Source of the DNA: Octopus sinensis
Taxonomy: Eukaryota
DNA length: 64,000 nucleotides
Direction of reading: 5' to 3'
Assembly: GCF_006345805.1 (NCBI RefSeq)
Contig: NC_043023.1
Span: 496,001 to 560,000 of the forward strand
Shown: piece after piece, positions 1 through 11,205 of the stretch
How the letters are laid out: each line of letters begins with the position of its first letter
How positions within the stretch are numbered: the stretch's first letter is position 1
The notes under the pieces: model-generated
Told to the model about the DNA's origin: nothing
Seen by the model: the letters and a program-made list of their open reading frames with translations, nothing else
The model's database searches: none
Translations under genes and position numbers: made by a program

Positions 1-9
1 TGTGTGTGT

Positions 10-246
10 AAAAAAATACAAACTGGGACAAGAACGCAAAGCATTTAGAAGACGATACAAAACACGGACGGGACATTCGAAGCCTTCAATCTTCAGTCAA
101 GAACCGGATCATCCTCGCAATTTCGGCTGATTAATCTTGAGATTGCTCCGATCTGGCCAGCCCCAAAGGAAAATCTAAGCCAAGCACATTAGATTCCTTG
201 GAAGAAAGCCTCGAATGTATACAAAACAAGGACGGAAAAACGGACG
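10..246 (-). repeat. Interspersed repeat, probable PLE-like terminal remnant (homologous segments at ~39230-39290 and ~45800-45900)
   Basis: On the minus strand reads CTGAAGA-N10-CGAATGTCCCGTCCGTGTTTT; 39238 reads CTGAGGA-N10-CGAATGACCCGTCCTTGTTTT. Confidence 0.4.
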
Positions 247-631
247 ATATATGTATATATATATATAGGTATGTATATATATTGGTATGTATAGATATAC
301 ATTCTGAAGAATAGTAGCACGGTGAATGTCGGAGTCATTATTATCGATCTTGTAAAAGTTTAACAAATATGCGTTCTCCAAAGTATTGGGAGATCCTTCT
401 GTATAATGTTAAAATTTTTTGTATATAACCTGACTTAAAAACAAACATATATACAGTAAATACAAATATGCATTTACATACATTCTCATACATGCACAGA
501 TACGTATACGCCGTCTCCAGTCGCAGAAATACGTAACTTAACGACAGCTTTACTCCAAACTCAGCTGAATTGCAAAAACGATCTTTCAACAAAAATGAAA
601 ACAGGTGAACGCAAATATATACGGTTATATA

Positions 632-730
632 TGTATGCATGCATGTATGTATGTATGTATGTATGTATGTATGTATGTATGTATGTATGTATGTATGTAT
701 GTATGTATGTATGTATGCATAAATGTATGT
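632..730. repeat. (TATG)n microsatellite
   Basis: Direct tetranucleotide tandem. Confidence 0.95.
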
Positions 731-1858
731 ATGTGTTTGTGCATACATATATTATCTGCATATGTGTGTATCTGTATATGTGTGTATATATGTATATATG
801 ACCATATAACATGCATGTATATTTGTATGTATGTATATATATATACCTCTACATGTGTCCTTATATATGTATATCTGGATATGCAAATATACATAGACAC
901 ACACACATATATATACATATATATGCACATTCACTCACGAGCACACATGAATATATATATACACCCTCCCACAGAGTCGTATATATATCCTCAATTGCAC
1001 CAGTTTGCACCCGATTTTTTTTTCTGTCATGCATATTATCCATCTGCAGCATATGTGTGTGTGTATATATAATATAGATAGATATATGTGTATGTTTGTA
1101 TATGCATATGAATATACATATATTATATATGTATGTATATATGTATGTAGTGTAAACAAGCATTAATCGTTTATAGAATTGCATGAGGGGAATAAATACA
1201 TGCACACACAGAGACATATATGTACTAAACATTTGTATACATAAACATAGTTATACACTTATACACGCAGTCACAACATATAAAATGTGTTGTTTTAAAA
1301 AAATATAAATTTTTTGTAAATATATAAGTATACGGAATCATACAAATACAACAATTACAACGACAACTACAAGCACCAATAACAACGACGACAGAGGCTA
1401 CATCGACAAAAGCAAAGAATGTACCTACAACAACAACAAATACATGAGCCATGTTACAGCTCAACAATCAGTGTTTATGTATATAAATTTAGGCAGGACT
1501 TAACTTAGATATTTGACGTCATTCTCTGTGATTCTAAGCTGTAGAGCAACTGACGTAATTCTCTACCATAATCCAACAGTATTGCTGAATGGTAGGTTTA
1601 GAAAAATAGCTGGGGTTGGGTCTGGAATTTTCGGGGGTGGTGGGTATGTTGGGAACTGTAAGGTGCTTTTATGGGATGTTGGCATGTTGGGATTTCATGG
1701 TTTCATGTAATGTAATGTTGCGGCGTGTGTGTAAAGGGAATTATATATGTACGAGTATATACAGACAGACACATACACACATACACACATCACACATACA
1801 TACACATAATCAATATATGCATATACATTCATAATATGTATTATATATAATGCATGTA

Positions 1859-1891
<33 letters not shown>

Positions 1892-2034
1892 AGATGAAGT
1901 CACTGTTGTTGATGTTTATACGCTGCTCGGAATTAACTGGAAATCCTGCTGGATTTTCTGGTATAAAATTTTTCTTCTTTCGAAGTAGGCATATATATAT
2001 ATATGTACATACAGATACACGTGAACACAGATAG

Positions 2035-2065
<31 letters not shown>

Positions 2066-2419
2066 TATATATATATATATGATGGATGGATGGATGGATA
2101 AAATGGTATATGAGTGTATATGAAAAAACAATATATATACTCACACGCACATTATACACACAAATGCACACGTGCACACACATATAAGAAATACAAATAC
2201 TGGATGTTTAGCAAGAATTAGCAGTTTAAAAAAGAAATAATAAATGAAACCATAACTCCGTAAAAGCGTAAATATAGCAATAACTATGTGTGTGTGTGCT
2301 TTTTTGTATGTATTTATATAAATATTTATGTCTATTTATGTACTTAATAGCAGAATATACTTATATATGTTATATATGTGTGTGTATACGCATACATATA
2401 TCTTTTATGTCTAATGTAT

Positions 2420-2825
2420 GCTTGTTGAAGCCACTGATCTGCGGTCACGCTGGTGCACCGCATTCAACGGTTTTATCCGAACGAATCGACTCAAATATTT
2501 ATTTTCATTTTGCTGCACTGCTAAGTTGCGTGGACGTAAAGAACCTAACACTGGCTGCCAAACATGGTGGAGGACAAACACCTACGTACATACGCACACA
2601 CACCCATTCTCTCTCTCTCTCTCTCTCACTCAATCACACACACACACACACAAACACACGCACGTACATACGCACACACATATGACGGCTTCTTTCAGTT
2701 TCCATCTACAAAATTCACACATAAGGCTTTGGTCAGCCAGAGGCTTTAGTAGAAGATACTTGCCCAAGGTGCCACACGTTGGGACTGAACCTAAAACCAT
2801 GTGGTTGAGAAGCAAACTTTTTACA
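2420..2825 (-). mobile_element. tRNA-derived SINE family B, degenerate full-length copy
   Basis: Matches better copies at 8116, 52453 and 62937 (CTTGCCCAAGGTGCCAC, GGGACTGAACC, ACCATGTGGTTG). Confidence 0.8.
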
Positions 2826-3131
2826 GAGAGGTGAAAGAAGAGAGACAGCATAGCGAAAGATTTGGCTGACTGTCATCCTGTACTCCCCTTGTTACTAGCG
2901 AAATGGTTGTGTGAGCAACTGGTTGTTTCAATGGCGGAACAAACAGGAGAATTCTATTAGAAAAGTTTTAATTAATTTTCTCGGTAAGTATGGGGGTTAT
3001 GAAAAAAATAGAAACCGCATTCCAATCTATGCACCCGTCTCCACATGTGTGCCATTTTTCACGTGAATTCACCCAGCTGTTTGGCTGTGAACCTCAAGAC
3101 AAGAAAGAATACACGATCGCCCATATCCATT

Positions 3132-3169
<38 letters not shown>

Positions 3170-3330
3170 CACGTCGGGTTTCTTTTAATTTCTGTCTACT
3201 AAATCCACTCACAAAGGCTTTCGTCGGCCCGAGGCTATAGTAGAAGACATTTGTCCAAGGTGCTACGCAGTGGAACTGAAACGGTACCAAGCTACTTGTA
3301 AGCAAGCTACTTACCACACAGTCATCCTGC
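3170..3330 (-). mobile_element. SINE family B, 5' part
   Basis: AAATCCACTCACAAAGGC...CCAAGGTGCTACGCAGTGGAACTGAA...CTTACCACACAG. Confidence 0.85.
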
Positions 3331-3333
3331 GAC

Positions 3334-3364
<31 letters not shown>

Positions 3365-3443
3365 CAATTGCAGCGTGGGAAGGGTTTATAAGCCATTTAA
3401 GAACACACAAAAGCCGTTCGATTCACTCCAACATTTAGTTTAA

Positions 3444-3490
3444 TTGTCAAAATATTTCGTCGCTAAAATCCGCGACCTGTTCACTGACAA
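3444..3490 (-). ncRNA. Minimal type-I hammerhead ribozyme motif, G3:C8 core variant (left arm copy)
   Basis: Minus strand: TTGTCA GTGAACA G GTCGC GGATTTTA GCGAC GAAA TATTT TGACAA. Confidence 0.55.
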
Positions 3491-3621
3491 AGTCCGTGCT
3501 GCATCTAAGAAAGTAACAGTTAGTTCGTCATATATATGTACGTATGTATGTGTGTATGTATGCATACGTACATATATATGACGAACTAACTGTTACTTTC
3601 TTAGATGCAGCAGCACGGACT

Positions 3622-3669
3622 TTGTCAGTGAACAGGTCGCGGATTTTAGCGACGAAAATATTTTGACAA
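3622..3669 (+). ncRNA. Minimal type-I hammerhead ribozyme motif, G3:C8 core variant (right arm copy)
   Basis: TTGTCA GTGAACA G GTCGC GGATTTTA GCGAC GAAA ATATT T TGACAA: 6-bp helix I, 5-bp helix II, palindromic AATATT helix III. Confidence 0.6.
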
Positions 3670-3808
3670 TTAAAACTTAAATGTTGGAGTGAATCGAACG
3701 GCTTTTGTGTGTTTCTTAAATGGCTTATAAACACACTTCCACGCTGCAATTGTTTTCGTTCAGCACACGATCTCAGGTCAAATTACTTGCTATGCGAGTA
3801 CATCTCCG

Positions 3809-3842
<34 letters not shown>

Positions 3843-3843
<1 letters not shown>

Positions 3844-3873
3844 TAGTGCGAACACGCTATCTTTAAGATAGCG
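3843..3873 (-). mobile_element. Helitron 3' terminus (subterminal hairpin + CTAG)
   Basis: Minus strand: CGCTATCTT-A-AAGATAGCG hairpin, 8 nt, CTAG, then T, just downstream of a RepHel fragment in the same orientation. Confidence 0.8.
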
Positions 3874-3900
3874 CATTTTACATTCTAACATATATATGTG

Positions 3901-3938
<38 letters not shown>

Positions 3939-3986
3939 TAAGTATACATATAAAATGCAGTAATTAAGACTGGAGCAGAGAAGTCT

Positions 3987-4290
3987 TCACATCTGATAGG
4001 GAGTAGCTGAAATATTTGCAAACTCCATAGTCCGATAGTATTCACGGTCATCATGCGCTAAACCCAGTTTCATTGAAGCCTCTTTGTAACTATGGAAAAC
4101 TATACCATTAATAGTCTTCATATCTTCAAATGATGTAGCTCCGAGAATATGATATAGTAAAGCTCTAGATACCCCCAATTGAGTGTGTATTATTTTTACT
4201 GAGATGCCATACTGTCTCACTATTATTCCATGTGTAAAATTCAGGGAAATCAGTATAGTGTAATGTACATGCATATGAGCTGTACTTGCA
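3987..4290 (-). pseudogene. Helitron Rep/Helicase fragment, frameshifted
   Basis: Translations LHYTDFPEFYTWNNSETVW...IGGI and LLYHILGATSFEDMKTINGIVFHSYKEASMKLGLAHDDREYYRTME match the Helitron RepHel linker (LLLHVxGATSFEDLKTVNG...CxxLGLLxDDxEW). Confidence 0.85.
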
Positions 4291-4339
4291 TAGCAAGTGA
4301 CTTGATCTGAGGTCGTGTGCTGAAGCACAAGCAATTGCA

Positions 4340-4525
4340 GTGTGGAAGATGAACCATTTAAGTACACACAAAAAACCGTTAGATTCAATTCAACATTTAA
4401 ATTTAATTTGTGTCAAAATATTTTCATCGCTCTGAAATTGCGACCTGTTCGCTGACAAAACTTTGTGCTTCATCTATGCAGCACGAAGCATGTGTTCATA
4501 CAAACATCCTCCACGCTGCAATTGC
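4340..4525. repeat. Third, more diverged copy of the 3364-3753 repeat unit, with a mutated HHR motif at 4411-4458 (minus)
   Basis: CCATTTAAG.ACACACAAAA..CCGTT...GTCAAAATATTTTCATCGC...GCGACCTGTTCGCTGACAA...CCACGCTGCAATTG. Confidence 0.85.
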
Positions 4526-4550
4526 TATATATATATATATACGTGAAACG

Positions 4551-4852
4551 TCGCCCTTTTCAAGCCTAGCCAGGCTCATGGGCCCGGTTTCCCGGTTTCT
4601 GCGGCGTATATGTTCCTTCCAGCTGGATGGCACGCCAGTCCATCGCAGCGTTACTCAAGAAGCAGGAAGAGAGAGTGAGAGAAAATTGTGGCGAAAGAAT
4701 ACAACGGGGGTCGCCACCGCCCCCTGCCGGAGCCTCGTGGTGCATTTAGGTATTTTCGCTCAATAAACACACACAACGCCCTGTCTGGGAATCGTAACCG
4801 CGATCCTTCGACGTCGAGTCCGTTGCCCTAACCACCGGGCCATTCCGCTCCA
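4551..4852 (-). mobile_element. tRNA-derived SINE family C, subtype 2 (OR-like head, V-domain-like tail)
   Basis: Reverse complement of the 26711-27020 copy; tail motif GCGATGGACTGGCG..CC.TCCAG. Confidence 0.9.
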
Positions 4853-5032
4853 ACACACACACACACACACAGACACACACACAGACACACAGACACAGAC
4901 ACACATACACAACACACACACACACAATATATCTATATCTATCTATCTATCTATCTATCTATATTCTATCTATCTATCTATCTATCTATATAATATACAT
5001 ATATATGTATATATATATTATATGTATAATAT

Positions 5033-5070
<38 letters not shown>

Positions 5071-5937
5071 GATTATATAATATATATATATATATTATAA
5101 TATAGTAATATATATATATATATATATATATGCATGCAATATATGATATAAAGAAACCACAAAAACCATTGTGAAAAATAGCAATCGGGGATTTCGTGGA
5201 TAAAATACGTAAATATATTACTAATGATGCGATAAAGCAGGGACCTAGAAGATGAAATACCAGAAAGCAGTTATTAGCAGAACATGTATTTGATATTTAA
5301 AAAACGATGATGAATTAATAAAATATATTAACTGAGAAAATAACACACAAATAAACATAAGCCTTAATAAAAACAATTGGCAGAATGTTCGATTGGCGGA
5401 ATTATGATCTAAGCGCGTGCTAAAACACCTCATAACTTTTTTTTACGAATTTTTACAAACTTTTTTTGATTCTGTCTTCTGTATAATCGAATTGATACGA
5501 TTATGCAAAAAAATATTTTTTATTCCCCCACCCCTACTCCACCCTTTAATTTCGGACAGTCCGATTCTACCATTCGTTTCTCTTTATAGTTTCCAAATAA
5601 TTTTCAATACATTTATGGAAAAAAGTCAATCAACGATTTTCACACATTTTCACATAATCCTGGACTTTATATGTGAAATGCCAGCGACATGCTCCATGTC
5701 CATCAACAATATTAGCAGCTGTACAGTGGTACGACGTATAGTCCAAATAGACGAAAGACTTCTTTTTTAGAGGAAAAGTGAAGTTGGAAGAGTGGTGAAG
5801 ACGTTTTGGGTACTTGTGATCGTCGTAACCGACGGTGTGCCAGTTTTTTATGTGTGTATGTACGTGTATAAAGATATAATTACATACATACATACATACA
5901 TACATATATACATACATACATACATATACATACATAC

Positions 5938-5982
<45 letters not shown>

Positions 5983-5992
5983 GGTGTGTGTG

Positions 5993-6228
5993 TGTTCTGA
6001 TCCATAAGTATCCGAAATGTTACCATTGTAACGAAACTAATGTACACAGAGTGAAGCCGATTGGCTCAGATTAACTGTGAACTCTGCTGTGCATGCGCAC
6101 TAAGTCTTAACATTGAAGCTCACTTCTGCTGTTTAGAAGGAATGTGTGTAGCATTTGATCATCGCATTGACCATGACAGAAAAAGTTGAACAGAGAATCT
6201 GCATCAAATTTTGCCACAAGCTTGGTGA
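5993..6228 (+). mobile_element. Mariner family 2, 5' end (TIR, UTR and transposase N-terminus MTEKVEQRICIKFCHKLGD), interrupted by mariner family 1
   Basis: Homologous to the reverse complement of 7870-8100; the reading continues as TCSE at 7486-7498 after the insertion. Confidence 0.8.
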
Positions 6229-6230
6229 TA

Positions 6231-7485
6231 CGAGGGGCGTTCAATAAGTAATGCCCCTGACTCACTTCTCATAGCAGTAGAGCAACGAAACTTGGCACAG
6301 TTAATAGTCTTTTTCTACATAGGAACCACCCAGAGTTACGCATTTCTCCCATCGTTTGATGCAGCTCTGGAGACCGTTTTTGTAGAGGACCCCAGCTTGG
6401 TCCTCCAACCACGACGTGACTTCAGAATCGAGGCTGTATCATCTGGGGAAACGCTTTCCTTTCAAAAAAAACTCATGGCTGGGAAGAAGTGAAAATCAGA
6501 GAGTGCAAGGTCAGGAGAGTTGGGGGATGGTGGACGAGTTCATAGCCGCACGCCTGTGAGTTGTGGCAACGCGTGAGTTGTGGACCGGAGCGTTGTCCTG
6601 CAGGAGGAGGATGACTTTGCTGATCTTGCCCCGCCTCTTGATTTTGATAGCTTCTCTTAATTTCCTCAAAAGTGAAGCATAATAGGCTCCTGTAATTGTG
6701 GAACCCTTTGCCAGGAAACCTGTCATCACTATTCCGTCCTGGTCCCAGAAGACTGTGAACATAACCTTACCAGCTGAGGGCTGCACCCTTGCCTTCTTTG
6801 GAGGCGGTGAGTCACGGTGCTTCCACTGCATTGACTGGCTTTGGTCTCTGGATCATGGTGATGGACCCAGGTTCATTCTGTGTAATCAGTTTTTTGAAAA
6901 ATTTTGACTCATCTTCTTGGCACATCTCCAAATCATCCTCGAGCATCACGCGGTCTTGCTTCTGAAAGGTGTGAGCCACTTGGGAATCCATCTGGTAGAC
7001 ACCTTTTGCATATGCAAATGGTCATGAATAATAATTCCACAGACCCGGTACTAATCTTGACCTCATAGGCTATTGGCGAATAGTTATGCGTCGATCTTCC
7101 AAAATGGCAGCCTCAACTTGACGGACAGATGCCTCATCAATGGCAGAAAGGGGGCAACCAGATCTGGGAGTTGTTTCCACAGATTCCGACCATGTTTGAA
7201 TTCACGATGCCAGCGTTTTACAAGGTCATATGATGGGGCATCATTACCATAAGTTACTTTCATTTCATCAAAAGTCTCCCGTGGTGTGCGTCCTTTCAAA
7301 TACAAAAACCGGATAACCGCTCGACATTCAACAGGCTCCATTTCACACTTGACTCAATTCAAACACCTGTAGATCAGAAATTTGCCACTTAATCTATAGA
7401 GATAGAAATAATTTCACATGCAAAATTTCAGCTAGATCAAACAACTGCAAATGAGTCAGGGGCATTACTTATTGATCGTCCCTCG
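6231..7485 (-). mobile_element. Full-length (1255 bp) mariner DD34D transposon, family 1, dead
   Basis: ~34-bp TIRs CGAGGGGCGTTCAATAAGTAATGCCCCTGACTCA / TGAGTCAGGGGCATTACTTATTGATCGTCCCTCG; TA duplication at 6229-30 and 7486-87. Confidence 0.95.
6310..7341 (-). pseudogene. Mariner transposase, frameshifted
   Basis: MEPVECRAVIRFLYLKG...VKRWHREFKHGR; MQWKHRDSPPPKKARVQPSAGKVMFTVFWD...LLLQDNAPVH; fragments lie in different frames. Confidence 0.9.
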
Positions 7486-7499
7486 TACCTGCTCAGAGC

Positions 7500-8100
7500 C
7501 CTAGGCAAAGTTTTCACAATCAAAGAGATCTTGTGTAACAGAAACCCGAGTGTCTTTTGGTCAACTGGAAGCAGTTTTGGCACAAACTTGACAGACACGC
7601 GTCTTATACCCAAATCTTCACTGATAATGAACTGGACCGTAACAAATCTGCACATCCTCTGATAACTCATGGATGGTGATTCGTCAATTTCCCCTCACAG
7701 TTGCACGCACACCTGCGATGTTTACCTCGGTTTTGCTGGTGGCGGGTCTCCCTGAAAGTTCGTCAATATCGACATTTTTTCGGCCACCTTAGAAACGTCT
7801 GAACCACTCGTACACTTGTGTGCGGCTCATACACTCCTCTCCATATATTTCTGCAAATTTGCGACGGCTTCTGAGCAGGTATCGCCGTGACAACTTTCTC
7901 TATAATGGTCAATGCAACGATCACATGCTACACACGTTCTTTCCAAGCACTTCTGTGAAAAACGGAAGTGAGCTAGAAGGTTAAAACTTAATACGCATGC
8001 GCAGCAGAGTTCAAGGTCAATCTCTGCCAAGCGGCTTGTCTCTGCGTGTTTCAGCTTCGTTATTATGGCAACAGTCCGGATACTTATTGATCAAACCTTG
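7500..8100 (-). mobile_element. Mariner family 2, 5' half (TIR + HTH region), degenerate
   Basis: TIR CAAGGTTTGATCAATAAGTATCCGG after TA (8101-02); translation GDTCSEAVANLQK..MSRTQVYEWFRRF...SEDLGIRRVSVKFVPKLL. Confidence 0.85.
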
Positions 8101-8115
8101 TAAATATACAACGGG

Positions 8116-8337
8116 TTTACTCTTTTACTCTTTTACTCTTTTACTTGTTTCAGTCATTTGACTGTGGCCATGCTGGAGCACCGCCTTTAAGCGAGCAACT
8201 CGACCCCGGGACTTATTCTTTGTAAGCCCAGTACTTATTCTATCGCTCTCTTTTTGCCGAACCGCCAAGTAACGGGGACATAAACACACCAGCATCGGTT
8301 GTCAAGCAATGCTAGGGGGACAAACACAGACACACAA

Positions 8338-8368
<31 letters not shown>

Positions 8369-8532
8369 CATACATATATATACGACGGGCTTCTTTCAGT
8401 TTCCGTCTACCAAATCCGCTCACAAGGCTTTTGTCGGCCCGAGGCTATAGTAGAAGACACTTGCCCAAGGTGCCACGCAGTGGAACTGAACCCGGAACCA
8501 TGTGGTTGGTAAACAAGCTACTTACCACACAG
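8116..8532 (-). mobile_element. SINE family B, full length, young
   Basis: tRNA-like head with B-box GGTTCAGTTCC, CORE-like GGCACCTTGGGCAAGTG, internal (TA)/(CA) tract, (GTAAAAGA)n tail. Confidence 0.92.
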
Positions 8533-8869
8533 CTTGTCAATGAAATCCACTCATAAAGCTGTGGTCGGCACGAGCGTTTCAGTAAATGTTACTCGCCCAA
8601 GGTGTTGCGCAATGGGACTCAAAGCGAAGCCACGGGATAACATTCCATAGCATTGAAAATAGAATCAGCAGCATGATATCATAGAACACAACTCCGCGTA
8701 CCTCTGTTGCATAATACATAACATGTGTTTCTGGCTATTGCATTCTTTATCTGTTCTGTAAACATAGAAGCATGGATGTGTTTATTTATGCGAAAGCGGA
8801 GGATCGCAGTCAATGGCAAGGCTTGTGTCTTAAGCGATGAATATCGCCCATTGTTTCTCCAACGTTTTA

Positions 8870-9110
8870 TCTTCTGCCTTTTGTCTTTAACTTGTTTCAA
8901 TCATTAGACAGCGGCCATGCTGGGGCACCGCCTTGCAGATTTCGTTTTTTCGAACGAATAGACCCCAGTGCTTCTTTGTTTTTTCAAGCCTGGCGCTTAT
9001 TTTATCGGTCACTTTTTGCCGAGCAGCTTAGTTACGGGGAGTAGACAAAGCAGCACCGGTTGTCATGCGGTGGTGATGAGACAAAAACAGACGCAACGAT
9101 GCACACACAC
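8870..9110 (-). mobile_element. SINE family B, 3' part
   Basis: GCGGCCATGCTGGGGCACCGCC...GACCCCAG...TTTTGCCGAGC. Confidence 0.8.
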
Positions 9111-9176
9111 ATACACACTATGCGCGCGCACACATACACGCATGTATATATATATATATGAGTATTATATATACAT

Positions 9177-9231
<55 letters not shown>

Positions 9232-9246
9232 ATATATTATATATAT

Positions 9247-9313
<67 letters not shown>

Positions 9314-9314
9314 T

Positions 9315-9531
9315 AAGGCGGCGAGCTGGCAGAAACGTTAGCACGCCGGGCGAAATGCGTAGCCGTATTTCGTCTGCTGTTACGTTCTGAGTTCAAATTC
9401 CGCCGAGGTCGACTTTGCCTTTCATCCTTTCGGGGTCGATAAATTAAGTACCAGTTACACCCTGGGGTCGATGTAATCGACATAATCCGTTTGTCCCCTC
9501 TGTGTTTAGCCCCTTGTGGGCAGTAGTGAAA
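9315..9531 (+). mobile_element. tRNA-derived SINE family A, full length
   Basis: GGCGGCGAGCTGGCAGAAACGTTAGC...GAGTTCAAATTCCGCCGAGGTCGACTTTGCCTTTCATCCTTTCGGGGTCGAT; about 12 copies in the window. Confidence 0.92.
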
Positions 9532-9547
9532 TATATATAATATATAT

Positions 9548-9579
<32 letters not shown>

Positions 9580-10254
9580 AGTATTTATATATATATGCAT
9601 GGATGTATACATGGTGTGTGTGGTTTGTATGTATGTCTATATATATATATATATATTTATATATGTACAAGCTGTTTTGAGTTTCCGTCAACCAAATCTA
9701 TTCACAATGTTTAGTCGGGCCGAGACTATAGTCGAAGACACTTGCGCTTAGTACAACACAATGGGACTGAACTTGGAACTATGTAACTGCGAAGCAATTC
9801 CTTCTCTAACCATTTTTTTTCTACTCTAGGCACAAGGCCCGAAAATTTTGGGGCGGGTGTCAATCGATTAGATCGACCCCAGTACGCAACGGGTACTTAA
9901 TTTACTATGTCCATTTGTGTCGAAGAGCGTAGACTCAAAACGTCAGACATTTCCATTCTTCCCGAACGTCAAACTAAGACATCTGCTTGTCCTAGTCGTT
10001 TGCTTTTTGTAAATTTTGTAAATTCAGTCAAATTATTGAAACAAGTAAAAGAGTAAACATTGTAACTCCTGTAATTCGCCTCTTTTAATGTACTCTCATA
10101 TTTCGTCCTTTTACTCCTCTTGCGCCAAAGTAAGGTTTTGTCTGCTGTCGAGTATGTAAACTATAGTCGGACACATAATGTATTGGGAGAGTTTACGAAA
10201 AAAACAAAAGACGAAGAGAGAAACAAGGAGAGAAAAAATGTGTGAAGTGGTTAA

Positions 10255-10885
10255 CGATCTATCATGGCGACATAATATATAGTCGGGTATATAGTATATA
10301 GTCGGGTATATAGTATATAGTCGGGTATATAGTATATAGTCGGGTATATAGTATATATCCCCAACAAAGATGTCCTCAAGCAAGCAGGAATACCAAGCAT
10401 GTTTGCACTCCTCACACAAAGACGTATGAGATGGCTTGGGCATGTTAGCCGTATGAAAGATGGCAGAATCCCCAAGGACATACTCTACGGAGAGCTTGCT
10501 AGAGGCACAAGGTATGTGGGAAGACCGTTCTTACGTTACAAGGATGTTTGCAAAAGGGACATGAAGGCCTGCAACGTCAATATTAGCAATTGGGAAGCAG
10601 TTGCCAGCAACCGTGGAGATTGGCGACGTACCGTAAAAGAGGGAATACAAAGGAGTGACAGAGAGAAAGAGGGGAGAAATGGAAAGACAAGAAAAGACGT
10701 CAACAAGAAACTATGGCACTACAACCAGCCAGGAACAGTCTTCGCTACATTTGCGGTATCTGCCAGAGGGAGTGTTTGTCCAGGATAGGACTACACAGCC
10801 ACAGCAGGAAATGTATCAGGACATGAAATGTAAAAGCCGGACTGGACTATTTTATGCGCAACTCCACTGCCTCCCGAGACAAAAA
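10255..10885 (+). mobile_element. RTE-clade LINE, 3' fragment (end of ORF2 + 3' UTR)
   Basis: IPNKDVLKQAGIPSMFALLTQRRMRWLGHVSRMKDGRIPKDILYGELARGTRYVGRPFLRYKDVCKRDMK, then after a frameshift YICGICQRECLSRIGLHSHSRKC (RTE C-terminal zinc finger). Confidence 0.92.
10277..10356. repeat. 19-bp minisatellite x4 (ATATAGTCGGGTATATAGT) inside the RTE fragment
   Basis: Four exact tandem units splitting the RTE reading LSWRH | IPNKDVL. Confidence 0.9.
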
Positions 10886-10964
10886 GGATGCCAACCAACA
10901 TAGTAAGATAAATCATAGGATGCTGCTGCTCATCCGTTGGAGAACTTTTCTCTAAGCAAGGAGA

Positions 10965-11205
10965 CGTGTGTGTGTTTGTGTTTGTCCCGCACCATCGCTT
11001 GACAACCGGTGCTGGTTTGTTTATGCCCACGTAACTTAGCGGTTCGGCAAGAGAGATCGATGGAATAAGTATCAGGCTTCAACAAAGTAAGTACTGGGGT
11101 CGAGTCGTTCGGCTAAAATTCCTCATGGCAGTGCCCCCCGCATGGCCGCAGTCCATGCTGGGGCACCGCCATGAAGAGTTTTTAAACAAGTAAAAGATAA
11201 AAGCT
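10965..11205 (+). mobile_element. SINE family B, 3' part
   Basis: CATCGCTTGACAACCGGTGCTGG...GTAACTTAGCGGTTCGGCAAG...AAACAAGTAAAAGA. Confidence 0.8.

Larger units (their letters stand above)
3364..3753. repeat. Near-perfect inverted duplication (~183-bp arms, ~16-nt spacer) of a PLE-like terminal segment
   Basis: 3364-3546 is the reverse complement of 3563-3753 apart from a few indels. Confidence 0.95.

Noticed and set aside
1890-1990. Short minus-strand reading LLRKKKNFIPENPAGFPVNSEQRININNSDF
   Set aside because: No recognisable family, no splice signals, and embedded in (TA)n
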